A stretch of DNA of 64,000 bases from a virus, in IMG/VR virus record IMGVR_UViG_3300025450_000013; one strand, given 5' to 3'. How positions within the stretch are numbered: position 1 is the stretch's first letter; each line of letters begins with the position of its first letter. This document shows, piece after piece, positions 1 to 8,976 of the stretch. The position numbers and the translations under genes were made by a program. A model generated the notes under the pieces. It was not told the DNA's origin. It saw only the letters and a program-made list of their open reading frames with translations, and made no database searches.

Positions 1-315
1 ATCATCAACAAAATTAAAAAGGTCATCAAGACGGGCATTACCTTCTCCATCAACTGGCGTACCAATCATAATTGCAACTACATCAGAGTCCTTGATGAAA
101 TCAAAATCGGTGGTAAAAAGGATTCTATCTTTCTTTAGATTGATTTTAAGAATATCTTCACCACCTTCTTCCGCATAAGGTGTGATACCAGCATTTAGTT
201 TATCAACGGCATCTTGATTGATATCAATACCATATACATTATGACCTGCTTCGGCCACGACACAGGCAAATGGAAATCCTACGTGCCCGCCGGCACCGAT
301 AACTGATACTTTCAT
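1..315 (-). CDS. Nucleotide-sugar dehydrogenase (UDP-glucose/GDP-mannose dehydrogenase family), N-terminal part; runs off the window edge
   Basis: Hand translation MKVSVIGAGGHVGFPFACVVAEAGHNVYGIDIN...DSDVVAIMIGTPVD shows a Rossmann Gly-rich loop and the family GTP motif; the ATG overlaps the upstream stop (TAATG). Confidence 0.85.
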   Translation of the reverse strand, partial: MKVSVIGAGGHVGFPFACVVAEAGHNVYGIDINQDAVDKLNAGITPYAEEGGEDILKINLKKDRILFTTDFDFIKDSDVVAIMIGTPVDGEGNARLDDLFNFVDD

Positions 316-1256
316 TATTTTGTCTCCAATAAAACATCCTCTATGTCATTACAGGTATCTTGGATGGTGTGGTTTGCCATGACATAGTTATAGGCACTAT
401 CAATCTTTTCTTCATCTCTCTTATGATTACGGAGAAGTTCCATCAACTCCTTTTCATCTTTATAAGTGGTGCCATAATAGCACATATCTTTGGCACCGGC
501 AATATCTCTGGCGTACCATGGAGTTTTATTCATCATAGCCTCAAGAAGAACAAGCCCAAATCCTTCCTCATAGGAGTTCATAATGTAAGCATCGGCCGAA
601 GAAATAGAAAATAAAACATCCGTCTTGGATTTACCAAAGAAACATTTGACCGCATCATTCTCGGCAGGCATCAAATGTTCCTCACCGTATCCATATAGAT
701 GGAGTTCTGCATTAGGAATCTTGGCCTTAGTAAATGCTTCGGCGAGAGGACCCATTGCTTTATGTGAATAAAAACCACCGGCAGAAACAAAGATAGTTTT
801 TGTTTTATCAAGATTTAGTCTAACATATGCTACTTGCTCAATACCATGCCGAATACGACGACCTTTTTCTAACACATTATGTTTTCTAAGATGATCAATA
901 TCCATGCTGGTAGAGTAACCAAGGAATCGGTGATGTTTTAGACCATGAACACACATCTGACTGTCGCTTGGTTTTACAATTAGATAAAGAACAGGAGATT
1001 TTATTCTATCAGCATTTAGATGAACGATATTCTGTGCCTGAACATCACCACCATGAACGATGATAAGGTCCCACTTTTCACCTAATGAATAGAAATCATC
1101 CAGAACCTTTACACCATTATAATCACCTTGGTTTGTAGGTGCCAAAACGAACACTTCATGCCCTCGTTTAAGCATTTCTTCGGCCATATTCTGGACATAA
1201 TACTCACTACCACCAGGATATGGAGCATAACGGTGAACCACAAATAATATTTTCAT
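315..1256 (-). CDS. GT4-family (GT-B) glycosyltransferase
   Basis: N-terminal YPGGSE motif and C-terminal EEGFGLVLLEAM (E-x7-E). Confidence 0.9.
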   Translation of the reverse strand: MKILFVVHRYAPYPGGSEYYVQNMAEEMLKRGHEVFVLAPTNQGDYNGVKVLDDFYSLGEKWDLIIVHGGDVQAQNIVHLNADRIKSPVLYLIVKPSDSQMCVHGLKHHRFLGYSTSMDIDHLRKHNVLEKGRRIRHGIEQVAYVRLNLDKTKTIFVSAGGFYSHKAMGPLAEAFTKAKIPNAELHLYGYGEEHLMPAENDAVKCFFGKSKTDVLFSISSADAYIMNSYEEGFGLVLLEAMMNKTPWYARDIAGAKDMCYYGTTYKDEKELMELLRNHKRDEEKIDSAYNYVMANHTIQDTCNDIEDVLLETK

Positions 1257-2167
1257 TTACCACCCATTACAAATGTTTCCCACCAATCACATAGGTTATT
1301 TAAATCGGTGAACTCATTAGGAATATCATTTTTAAATACAGTTCTCTCTATCTTATCTAGGTACTCTTGTTTACCAGCAGGAGAATCCAAATGTCTAATA
1401 TAGTCCACAACATCATCTAAGGTTTTAAAATTATGAACATTAATAAAGGCCTCGGTATTAAAGTCACGATTAACCGTTGGGCTACCCCAATAAATCGGCA
1501 TTGTCTTGGTCTGGAATGCGTTTAGAATTTTCTCTGTAACATAACCAGGATAAGAACCATTCTCAAAGCAAATGTTAAACCTATAGTTGTTGAGAAACTC
1601 CAGTTTATATTTTAACTTATCTCTTGGTAGAATGGCATTCATGTTGTTTAGATGTGGCCCAGCCGAGTGTACCTTTTTATATTGACTTGTAAGGTGGAAC
1701 ATGGCATTCCGCATCTCTTGTCTAGGATTAGATACAACAAAAGAACAGAAATCTCTGTTATCATAATCTTTTTCATAGTCGTGTACCACATTTTTAATCT
1801 GGTAAAAATCATCTGTCCATCCTTCTTGGACAGCACCATGCATATCAACCACATAAAGTGGTAGACGATAATGCCTTGATGTGTTTAGGTGATCAAATGT
1901 AATTGCAAAGTGAGCCTTATCTAAAGGAGGACGAACATTCTCACCTGTAAATGCGATAGTCACCATATTAGGATTTTTAAATTGACTCCAATTATAATGA
2001 CTATCAGTATAAAAACTCTGATTAGGATTCAAATCACCAAATATTAGGTAATCAGGATTCTTATCATCTCTCTTTACATCAAATCTACGGCCTAATGCTT
2101 CCATAAAAAAGTTTTCGGCCGTAGAAAATGAATATATGAATCCAAGTTTAAGAGGTTTTTTCATCAT
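1253..2167 (-). CDS. GT10-family alpha-1,3-fucosyltransferase-like protein
   Basis: FTGENVRP, FCSFVVSN and YRFNICFENGSYPGYVTEKILNAF...PIYWG, the GT10 motif. Confidence 0.85.
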   Translation of the reverse strand: MMKKPLKLGFIYSFSTAENFFMEALGRRFDVKRDDKNPDYLIFGDLNPNQSFYTDSHYNWSQFKNPNMVTIAFTGENVRPPLDKAHFAITFDHLNTSRHYRLPLYVVDMHGAVQEGWTDDFYQIKNVVHDYEKDYDNRDFCSFVVSNPRQEMRNAMFHLTSQYKKVHSAGPHLNNMNAILPRDKLKYKLEFLNNYRFNICFENGSYPGYVTEKILNAFQTKTMPIYWGSPTVNRDFNTEAFINVHNFKTLDDVVDYIRHLDSPAGKQEYLDKIERTVFKNDIPNEFTDLNNLCDWWETFVMGGK

Positions 2168-2760
2168 TTATACCAGAAGAAGGTTGAGTTAGTTGATAGG
2201 TTAATAGGTGCTGTAATACCATTCTTTGTGCGGAAATCGTTTACTGCTTTATTAACATTTTGAATAGAAGAATAATCATGCCCACTAAACAATCCACCTT
2301 TTTTTAATAAAGGATAATATGCTTCACAGTCCGATAATGTAGCATCATATGAATGATCACCATCAACAAAGATAAAATCAAACTCCGCTTTATCTGTAAT
2401 GGTTTTAATTTTAGATGCAGCATCAATAGATGTTTCACGGATCATTTGCGCGCGATCACCATATTGTTTTAGGTTCTTTTGTGCAATATCTAGGAACTTA
2501 TCAATTGTATCTTGTGTAATCTCACCGTTCCAATCTTCATACGCCTTATATGGATCAATGGTGTATAGTTTAACAATGTTTGGGCATTTATCCAATAGAA
2601 ATGCTGTAGACTCGGCACGACATGTACCGATCTCAACACCAACTACGTTTTCACCAAGTCGTTTGATATAAGGTGCTAAACCTTTTACCGAAACCCATTC
2701 ATAAGGCCACTTATCACCAAGTTCCTCAATAGTCTTGAAATCATCTTCTCCTAAAGCCAT
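2164..2760 (-). CDS. Class I SAM-dependent methyltransferase (Methyltransf_24-like)
   Basis: GVEIGT, IDPY, FDFIFVDGDHSY, LKKGGLFSGHDY. Confidence 0.85.
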   Translation of the reverse strand: MALGEDDFKTIEELGDKWPYEWVSVKGLAPYIKRLGENVVGVEIGTCRAESTAFLLDKCPNIVKLYTIDPYKAYEDWNGEITQDTIDKFLDIAQKNLKQYGDRAQMIRETSIDAASKIKTITDKAEFDFIFVDGDHSYDATLSDCEAYYPLLKKGGLFSGHDYSSIQNVNKAVNDFRTKNGITAPINLSTNSTFFWYK

Positions 2761-2761
2761 C

Positions 2762-3658
2762 TTAATCTCCGTATTTGTTTTCTACTAATTCTTTCCAAAT
2801 AGGAACCCTATCCCACTGGTGAACAACTGTTGCCTTTTTACTATTGGCATAAATCTCGTTATCTGTTACATTATAGTCTATTTGTTTAACAAATGGCAAG
2901 ACCATCATAGGATTATTCCTATATGCCTCACCAATACCACCTGAACCAGCCTTGATAGCAGGTAAAGATGTACCAGCATGAATAACCCATCCATCGGTAG
3001 GATTAGTAAAATTTGTCTGGATTGTATAAGCGTCGGTTTGTAATAGGATGTTTAGAGCAGCCTGATCTGGTCCTCCACCACCGGGAACATGTGGATTAAG
3101 ACCATGACAAATTAACCAAACATTTAGAGCAAGATCACGCATAGCATTTCTTTTTCCTGCAATAACACCTGCACAATAGATTTCATTATCACCATGAGTT
3201 TCCAAGAAATAAGGACCGAATGCCTGTTGGAGATTGTTACAACCCCAAGGTTCATCTTTATACTTTAGATTTTCGGAACCAACAATAATTTGATTATCAT
3301 TATTGTTTAACCATTTTGATGGATCACTTTGAAATACCACATCACGAACATCTGTCATAATAACATTATTAACAGGTTCACTTAATACGTTTAGAAAACC
3401 ATATAGATGAAAGAAACGGTCAACCATGACAGAACCTTTGGAATTATCATGTTTAAATCCAGTCTTTTCATCATATTGGCCACAACCAATTAGCATAAAC
3501 TCTTCATCAGTAAGTTTCTTTACCGTTTCTGTGTCCATATTATAAACGATAAGAGCCTTATGACCTGTAAAACCGGACTTCTTAATAGAGTTGGCCCAAT
3601 ACTTAATCTTATCCCATTTATAGTTATCAACTACACCTACAATTAAATCTTTTGCCAT
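2762..3658 (-). CDS. Putative GT-A-type glycosyltransferase
   Basis: VDRF, MTDVRDVVFQSDP, DQAALN and VVHQWDR motifs; position within the sugar cluster. Confidence 0.6.
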   Translation of the reverse strand: MAKDLIVGVVDNYKWDKIKYWANSIKKSGFTGHKALIVYNMDTETVKKLTDEEFMLIGCGQYDEKTGFKHDNSKGSVMVDRFFHLYGFLNVLSEPVNNVIMTDVRDVVFQSDPSKWLNNNDNQIIVGSENLKYKDEPWGCNNLQQAFGPYFLETHGDNEIYCAGVIAGKRNAMRDLALNVWLICHGLNPHVPGGGGPDQAALNILLQTDAYTIQTNFTNPTDGWVIHAGTSLPAIKAGSGGIGEAYRNNPMMVLPFVKQIDYNVTDNEIYANSKKATVVHQWDRVPIWKELVENKYGD

Positions 3659-4389
3659 GGAAATTTTCCTTCATAATATTGTTCGTTTATCTTGTTACCT
3701 GAATCAAAAAATTCTTTACTTACCGAGTTGGGGTTGCCATCTAAACGATAGCAAAGTGTATGCTTACCGCTCGTATTATATTTTGAACGGTCTTTCACAG
3801 CATAGAGATACTGGCGGTCTCCACCCCAACCGGCATGCCAGTAGTGACATGTCTTTTGTAGAAATTCTCTTTTCCAACAGAATGATGATGTGTCTATTAG
3901 AAACTGGTCTCCATAAGGAGAGTTGCGTGAAGCAAATATTGGCCACTTGCCTAAACTTTCACAGTTGTCATCACAGAGATATTCTTTATTCGTATTATAT
4001 ATCTGTCGTAAAGAGTAAGCAAAATCTAAGTTCTGTGTCTCAATGGTTTCTATCAATGATGCTACATGGTCTGGTTGATACCAGTTGTCTTCATCAAGGA
4101 AGAGAATGTAATCGGAGTTTACTAGGTGTGGATATGCCGCATAGATACGATGACCATAGAATGATTGTTCACCAACTTTACCTGTGTTCTCTGGTGTTAC
4201 ACAAAATTGAATAGCACCACCAACAGCAAGAGGATATACTTTATCAAAATGTTCGGGTCCATCACATACAATTAAATGCTTACACTTGTAGGTTTGGTTT
4301 GCTACCGACTCAATGGCATCTTTTAGTTTTGGAGAACCAATAGTAGGTGTAATAACCGTTACAGGTTTTTCAATCACAAGTTTCATCAT
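3643..4389 (-). CDS. GT2-family glycosyltransferase
   Basis: VTVITPT...SVANQT...IVCDG; YILFLDEDN (DxD). Confidence 0.85.
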   Translation of the reverse strand: MMKLVIEKPVTVITPTIGSPKLKDAIESVANQTYKCKHLIVCDGPEHFDKVYPLAVGGAIQFCVTPENTGKVGEQSFYGHRIYAAYPHLVNSDYILFLDEDNWYQPDHVASLIETIETQNLDFAYSLRQIYNTNKEYLCDDNCESLGKWPIFASRNSPYGDQFLIDTSSFCWKREFLQKTCHYWHAGWGGDRQYLYAVKDRSKYNTSGKHTLCYRLDGNPNSVSKEFFDSGNKINEQYYEGKFPWQKI

Positions 4390-4399
4390 AACATCCTAT

Positions 4400-4434
4400 A
4401 AAGAAGACCGGGACTTGTATCAGAGGTCCCGGCC
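4400..4434 (-). terminator. Intrinsic terminator after hsp20
   Basis: Minus strand GGCCGGGAC-loop-GTCCCGGTC followed by TTCTTT. Confidence 0.65.
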
Positions 4435-4447
4435 GTGTTATACTTAC

Positions 4448-4987
4448 TTAGGCTACTTTCTTACCTGTCTTCTCTCCAGCAAGCTGCTTTTGAAACGCCG
4501 TTGCCTCAGAGAGGAACTGTCTCGTCGCCTCCCCGACGCCGAACGGATCCAGGATGTCGATTTTCTTCGCCTTCTTCTCTTCGGGAATAAATCGTTCAAG
4601 AAAGATTTTAAGAAGTCCATTAGCCATCTCCGCGTTCTTTACAACGACCGTGTCGGCAAGTGTAAATTGGCGAGTGAAAGCACGGTCAGCAATACCTTTG
4701 AAAATGTAGTCTTTATCATCATTCTCTAAGCGGCCAGAAACCGTCAAAACATCATCCTTCAATTCAATATCAAGGTTCTGTTTTCCGAAACCAGCAAGGG
4801 CGATTTCGATAACAAAATGTTCCTCGTCGACCTTCTTGATATTGTATGGAGGGTATGATGGGATTTTTGGAGCGTATTCACTTGCTTCCTGTAATCGTCT
4901 AAGGATCGTATCAAATCCAATAGCAGTCTTAGGAAGATTTCCAGATGTTAACCCAAAGGGGTCAAATAGTAGATGTTCTTTAGTCAT
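4448..4987 (-). CDS. hsp20: Small heat-shock protein (Hsp20/IbpA-like)
   Basis: IGFD, SYPPYNIKK, IEIALAGF, GIADRAFTRQFTLA, NGLLKI, IPEEKK. Confidence 0.95.
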   Translation of the reverse strand: MTKEHLLFDPFGLTSGNLPKTAIGFDTILRRLQEASEYAPKIPSYPPYNIKKVDEEHFVIEIALAGFGKQNLDIELKDDVLTVSGRLENDDKDYIFKGIADRAFTRQFTLADTVVVKNAEMANGLLKIFLERFIPEEKKAKKIDILDPFGVGEATRQFLSEATAFQKQLAGEKTGKKVA

Positions 4988-5046
4988 GTGTTTCTCCTAT
5001 AGTTAGCGAGAATAAAAGTGAATGAATCCTCCTGGAAACATTCACA
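4988..5046 (-). promoter_or_regulatory. ROSE-type RNA thermometer in the hsp20 5' UTR
   Basis: UUCUC-G-CU pairs with the SD AGGAGAA leaving the diagnostic bulged G of the U(U/C)GCU motif; an upstream hairpin GUGAAUG/CAUUCAC precedes it. Confidence 0.75.
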
Positions 5047-5049
5047 TAT

Positions 5050-5079
5050 ATTATATAGTAAACTTATTGATCTTGTCAA
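5050..5079 (-). promoter_or_regulatory. sigma70-type promoter for hsp20
   Basis: TTGACA-18 nt-TATAAT. Confidence 0.7.
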
Positions 5080-5420
5080 CCAATTCTCCAACTAGAACCG
5101 TCAGAATATACAGGAACTGGTGTAGATCCTCCACCTGTTACGACAACACCAATTACGTTATTAGAAAAGTCATTAGAGGAATCAGTAACAAATGCCCTTC
5201 TTCCTAAACCAACAGATGCAGATGGTAATCCTGATACCGTTGTTGGTAATGTATAAAAACTATTCTTAGAAACGTCAAAAACAATCGTGCTATTATAAGA
5301 TAGTTGTAATAGACGAGATGCCGCACTCTCACCAATAGATGTAACACTCATTCCAATACCAGTATAGGTATTGCTAGAGTTTACCCAAGATGCTGTAAGA
5401 TTTCCAATAGGAGTTGTCAT
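5076..5420 (-). CDS. Small virion-associated protein (tail-spike-like C-terminus)
   Basis: S/T/G-rich; ends TVSGLPSA...RAFVTDS...VPVYSDGSSWRIG, resembling tail-appendage C-termini; coupled to the upstream PAAR-like gene. Confidence 0.45.
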   Translation of the reverse strand: MTTPIGNLTASWVNSSNTYTGIGMSVTSIGESAASRLLQLSYNSTIVFDVSKNSFYTLPTTVSGLPSASVGLGRRAFVTDSSNDFSNNVIGVVVTGGGSTPVPVYSDGSSWRIG

Positions 5421-6100
5421 GTTGTCACCATTGCTGAAGTTAAGTTCATTGCTGGATAATAATCCAAATATGTTTGTACCACTACTCTATCACCAGAATC
5501 CGTAACAATAGCATTAGTAACACTATCGGCACTTGCATATGGTGTACCACTTACATAAAGAACAGTTGTAAGATAGTTACCTGAGGTCTGTCCTACTATA
5601 TTTTGTCCTGGATTAGCATTTACACCTGGTGTTAGTCCACTTATCTGAGCTACGGCACCAGAACCACCAATCTGTGTGAAACTAGAAACAGTTCCTAAAA
5701 CTTGGCCTGCTACAGACACCAACTCACCAACTTGTAAAGAACCCAGCCCACCACCAAGTAGTTTATTCATAATACCAAGTGTAGCACCCATACTACCCAT
5801 ACCAATCATGACATCATTAGAACCTTGTATTGGTATTGGAAATCCTTTAACATGAGGAGTAATACCAATAATGTCAGGTGATGCTTGACTTATAATAGCA
5901 GGAATAGCAGGTATACCACCAATCAAAACATTGTGTTGTAATACGTTAATCAACTGACCTAGATTAGTATGAGTGTCAATATCACCAACAACAGCAGGTG
6001 TTCTATTGTTAATTTTTACATTAGAACTTTCTGCCAGTAGGCATTTAGAAAGAGCACCGCACATTCTCATCATCAAATCAAGGTGAATGGGAAAGGTCAT
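5417..6100 (-). CDS. PAAR-like spike-tip protein with C-terminal extension
   Basis: Three PAAR-type repeats (SNVKINNRTPAVVGD, NVLIGGIPA, GSNDVMIG) with Cys/His candidates (RMCG, DTH, TPH), then about 125 extra residues. Confidence 0.55.
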   Translation of the reverse strand: MTFPIHLDLMMRMCGALSKCLLAESSNVKINNRTPAVVGDIDTHTNLGQLINVLQHNVLIGGIPAIPAIISQASPDIIGITPHVKGFPIPIQGSNDVMIGMGSMGATLGIMNKLLGGGLGSLQVGELVSVAGQVLGTVSSFTQIGGSGAVAQISGLTPGVNANPGQNIVGQTSGNYLTTVLYVSGTPYASADSVTNAIVTDSGDRVVVQTYLDYYPAMNLTSAMVTT

Positions 6101-6747
6101 ACTTTCTTAGGCCTTCCTGGTTTTCTTGTTGGAACCTTAGGTGGTGATTTAGGTGGTAGTTTAGGTGGTAACTTACTATTACCTTTCTTTCTTCTAATTT
6201 CTCTATCATCTTCTTGGACACTGATAATAATAGTTGAACCTTCAGATGATACACCAGTTGATCCCATACCACCTGTGCGGTTGGTTTTAATACCTGGTCT
6301 TGCTGCGGATTCGGAAATAGAATACTCAATATCCTTGACCAACTCACCTTGTGCAATACGATCACCAGCATTGATTACAATCTGGTTCTGAGAAATGTTA
6401 TAGACAAGAACCATAACCTCATTGACATAATCGGAATCAATAACACCTTCAGCATTAGCAAGAACTAGACCTTGCTTCAGTGACGCTCCGGAGCGGGCGT
6501 GGAGGCGCACGGAGTAACCTTCTGGAATGTCAAAGATAAGTCCAGTTGGTACCATAACACGGTCACCTGGCTGAACAACAATCTGGTTATTCATAGGTCT
6601 TTTGAAGTTTTTATTATGATGACTATACCCTTCATAGGTATTATTGTAATACCCCTGGAAAGACAAGTCAAAACATGCTGACTGTGTGGTCTGCTTTGCT
6701 GGTAGTTTCACCTGTGGATGTAATCTAAAAAATTTCAATTGTGTCAT
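6097..6747 (-). CDS. dut: Trimeric dUTPase with basic Pro/Lys-rich tail
   Basis: ACFDL, VPTGL, ARSG, NAEGVIDSDY, GDRIAQG, RTGGMGSTG; start moved to MTQLK behind GGAG. Confidence 0.95.
   Translation of the reverse strand: MTQLKFFRLHPQVKLPAKQTTQSACFDLSFQGYYNNTYEGYSHHNKNFKRPMNNQIVVQPGDRVMVPTGLIFDIPEGYSVRLHARSGASLKQGLVLANAEGVIDSDYVNEVMVLVYNISQNQIVINAGDRIAQGELVKDIEYSISESAARPGIKTNRTGGMGSTGVSSEGSTIIISVQEDDREIRRKKGNSKLPPKLPPKSPPKVPTRKPGRPKKV
6137..6172. repeat. Three 12-bp tandem repeats encoding xPPK
   Basis: ttaggtggtgat ttaggtggtagt ttaggtggtaac. Confidence 0.8.
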
Positions 6748-6761
6748 AATATACTCCAATA

Positions 6762-7175
6762 TTATTCTTGGTCTGGATATCTTTTCTTACCGAGAGAATA
6801 CTTGGCGACCAAGTTCCATTCAGGTTTCTCACTATAGGAGATAATTTTAATCCTATTTAGAGGTGTAAGTGGATCAGCACTCTTGTCTTTACTAACAAGA
6901 TTAACTAAACCCCATTCTGCTAAAAGGTTAGCAATAGTATTACGACGGCCCTTATCTTCCTCCGAGAAGTCAGTAGGTTTTCCGTCTAACATAAACATTT
7001 CTTTAAAATGAACTAAGTAGTATCTGCCTTGTTTATGTAGGATATGGCATGACTGATATAGTGTTTTATCCTTTTTGGATGCAACACCTATACGAGTCAA
7101 AGTTTCCTTCACTTTTAAGAAGGCTTGTGGATCAGGTAATCTTACCTCCACGAAGTCGTCTAGGTTTACTGTCAT
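6762..7175 (-). CDS. regA: Translational repressor RegA
   Basis: FLKVKETLTRIGVAS, LYQSCHILHKQGRYYLVHFKEMF, RRNTIANLLAEWGL; follows gp62. Confidence 0.97.
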   Translation of the reverse strand: MTVNLDDFVEVRLPDPQAFLKVKETLTRIGVASKKDKTLYQSCHILHKQGRYYLVHFKEMFMLDGKPTDFSEEDKGRRNTIANLLAEWGLVNLVSKDKSADPLTPLNRIKIISYSEKPEWNLVAKYSLGKKRYPDQE

Positions 7176-7548
7176 TTGTGCCACCTTTGTGAATACGTTT
7201 TTTTATTTCTTCTATCTGGGCATCGTTCAGTAAAACCAGAACCTGTTTCGCTTTATCATAAGAATAACCATAATACTCTTTGACGGCCTCCAAGTTATCT
7301 GAGGTTTCACGTTTTACCCATTTACTGTAAGGTCTTTTATACCCACGGACAGTATTTAGGAGATATTGATATTGAAGAGTTCCAGGAAGATTGGGATACA
7401 AGTTCATCTGGTTGGCTTGTAAGGTGCAATCATAATGAAACGACAACGCCTTATTTATAATATATCCCTGGTAGTCCTTCTCATCCTCCAGAACGTATTT
7501 CTTGTTCTGGAGGATTGAAGGTATAATATCTTTGAATAGGTCAGCCAT
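7132..7548 (-). CDS. gp62: Clamp loader small subunit
   Basis: YIINKALS, ANQMN, QYQYLLNTVR, VKEYYGYS; lies between gp44 and regA. Confidence 0.92.
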   Translation of the reverse strand: MADLFKDIIPSILQNKKYVLEDEKDYQGYIINKALSFHYDCTLQANQMNLYPNLPGTLQYQYLLNTVRGYKRPYSKWVKRETSDNLEAVKEYYGYSYDKAKQVLVLLNDAQIEEIKKRIHKGGTNDSKPRRLRGGKIT

Positions 7549-8483
7549 TACTTGACCTCACATTCCACCATCATTTCAGTTAGACAGGCCACTAGGTTCA
7601 ACTCTTGGTCTGCCACAAATGCTGCCTGATACTGATACTTGGCAAGGGTTATGACCGCAGCAGGAATGGATTCTGGTTTCAGATACTCATACAAACCATC
7701 ATACACATCACGGAAGATTTTTGCTGGATCAACATCAGAGTTATTTACAACCCACTTACGCATAGCACCAAAGTCTTTCTCCTTTAGTGCCTTGATAAGT
7801 TCTTCCAGTTTTCTTACATTGTCAACTTGAGCAAGAACACCAGCATCAATAGTTCCGCCAGAAGAATAACGTTGTATCTCGTTGAGAGTTCGGCGGTAAT
7901 CTGGGAAATACCGCGAAACAATCTTTCCCAAAACGTTGGCATCGTATTCAATTCCCTCTGTTACTAATATTGTTTTTAGTCTTTTGAACATCTCCATTGC
8001 CATCTTGGCCTTCTCATCACCTTTGAGTGAGAAGTCAACAACGGCACAACGAGAATGTAGAGCATCAATCAGCCTTGCCTTAAAGTTACAGGTGAAGATA
8101 AAGGAACAGTTGTCACTAAACTCCTCAATAGCCCCACGAAGTCCCGCCTGGGCCTCTGGTGTAAGATAATCAGCCTCATCAAGGATGATAACCTTACGAC
8201 CACCTGTAAGAGAGATGGTTGAGGCATAACCTTTGATCTTGGTTCTCAACATATCAATACCACGTTCATCAGAACTATTGATAAAGAGATGGTTGAGACC
8301 AAGTTCTTCACACATGGCCTTGGCGATGGTGGTCTTGCCGCAACCGGCAGGACCAGTTAGCATTAGGTTGGGTATGTTACCCTCTTTCACATAATCCTGA
8401 AATACCTTTTTGATACGATATGGCAGGATGGTGTCCTCGACCTTATGAGGACGATAGCGTTCGCATAACAAATATTCACTCAT
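7548..8483 (-). CDS. gp44: Clamp loader large subunit (RFC-type AAA+)
   Basis: ERYRP, GPAGCGKTT, IILDEAD, HSRC, FPDYRR. Confidence 0.97.
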   Translation of the reverse strand: MSEYLLCERYRPHKVEDTILPYRIKKVFQDYVKEGNIPNLMLTGPAGCGKTTIAKAMCEELGLNHLFINSSDERGIDMLRTKIKGYASTISLTGGRKVIILDEADYLTPEAQAGLRGAIEEFSDNCSFIFTCNFKARLIDALHSRCAVVDFSLKGDEKAKMAMEMFKRLKTILVTEGIEYDANVLGKIVSRYFPDYRRTLNEIQRYSSGGTIDAGVLAQVDNVRKLEELIKALKEKDFGAMRKWVVNNSDVDPAKIFRDVYDGLYEYLKPESIPAAVITLAKYQYQAAFVADQELNLVACLTEMMVECEVK

Positions 8484-8779
8484 TAAGATGCCGTCTTTTC
8501 CATAACAGTGGTGTAAAACTCTTCAAAGTCCGTATTCTCTTGAACCTCTTCTTTGAAGTTGGCACGGAAGTAGGCCCTTGACATACGGCGGAACAACTTC
8601 TTATCAATACCGAGTTTGTCGGCAACCTCATTCGTGGTTTCTTTTTGTAGTTCACGTTCGGCACCAACACGGGTCATGGAGTCATTCATCTCCATAACTG
8701 CCTTGCGGAGGATCTTACGATCTTCATCTGTAAGGCCTTGAACCGACCGTTGCTGCTGGTTATGTCCAATCATACTCAT
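8483..8779 (-). CDS. dsbA: DsbA-like double-stranded DNA-binding protein
   Basis: Pattern ADKLGIDKKLFRRMSRAYF...EEFYTTV resembles T4 DsbA; N-terminal IGHN motif. Confidence 0.65.
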   Translation of the reverse strand: MSMIGHNQQQRSVQGLTDEDRKILRKAVMEMNDSMTRVGAERELQKETTNEVADKLGIDKKLFRRMSRAYFRANFKEEVQENTDFEEFYTTVMEKTAS

Positions 8780-8976
8780 TAGTCCACCTCAATAATCGCA
8801 CTAGGGTTAATACAAACATATCCATTTGCTGCTACAACGGCAACACCGCCGCCGTCTTTACATTTTTGGATATACAGTTCATGCAGAGAAACATTGTTAG
8901 CAATCACATAAACAAATGCCACAATGGTGGCACCTGTAAATGTCATTAACAGAACATCATAGATTTTCTTACTCAT
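8779..8976 (-). CDS. Small membrane-anchored hypothetical protein
   Basis: One hydrophobic segment, then a C-x13-C pair; TAATG-type coupling on both sides. Confidence 0.6.
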   Translation of the reverse strand: MSKKIYDVLLMTFTGATIVAFVYVIANNVSLHELYIQKCKDGGGVAVVAANGYVCINPSAIIEVD

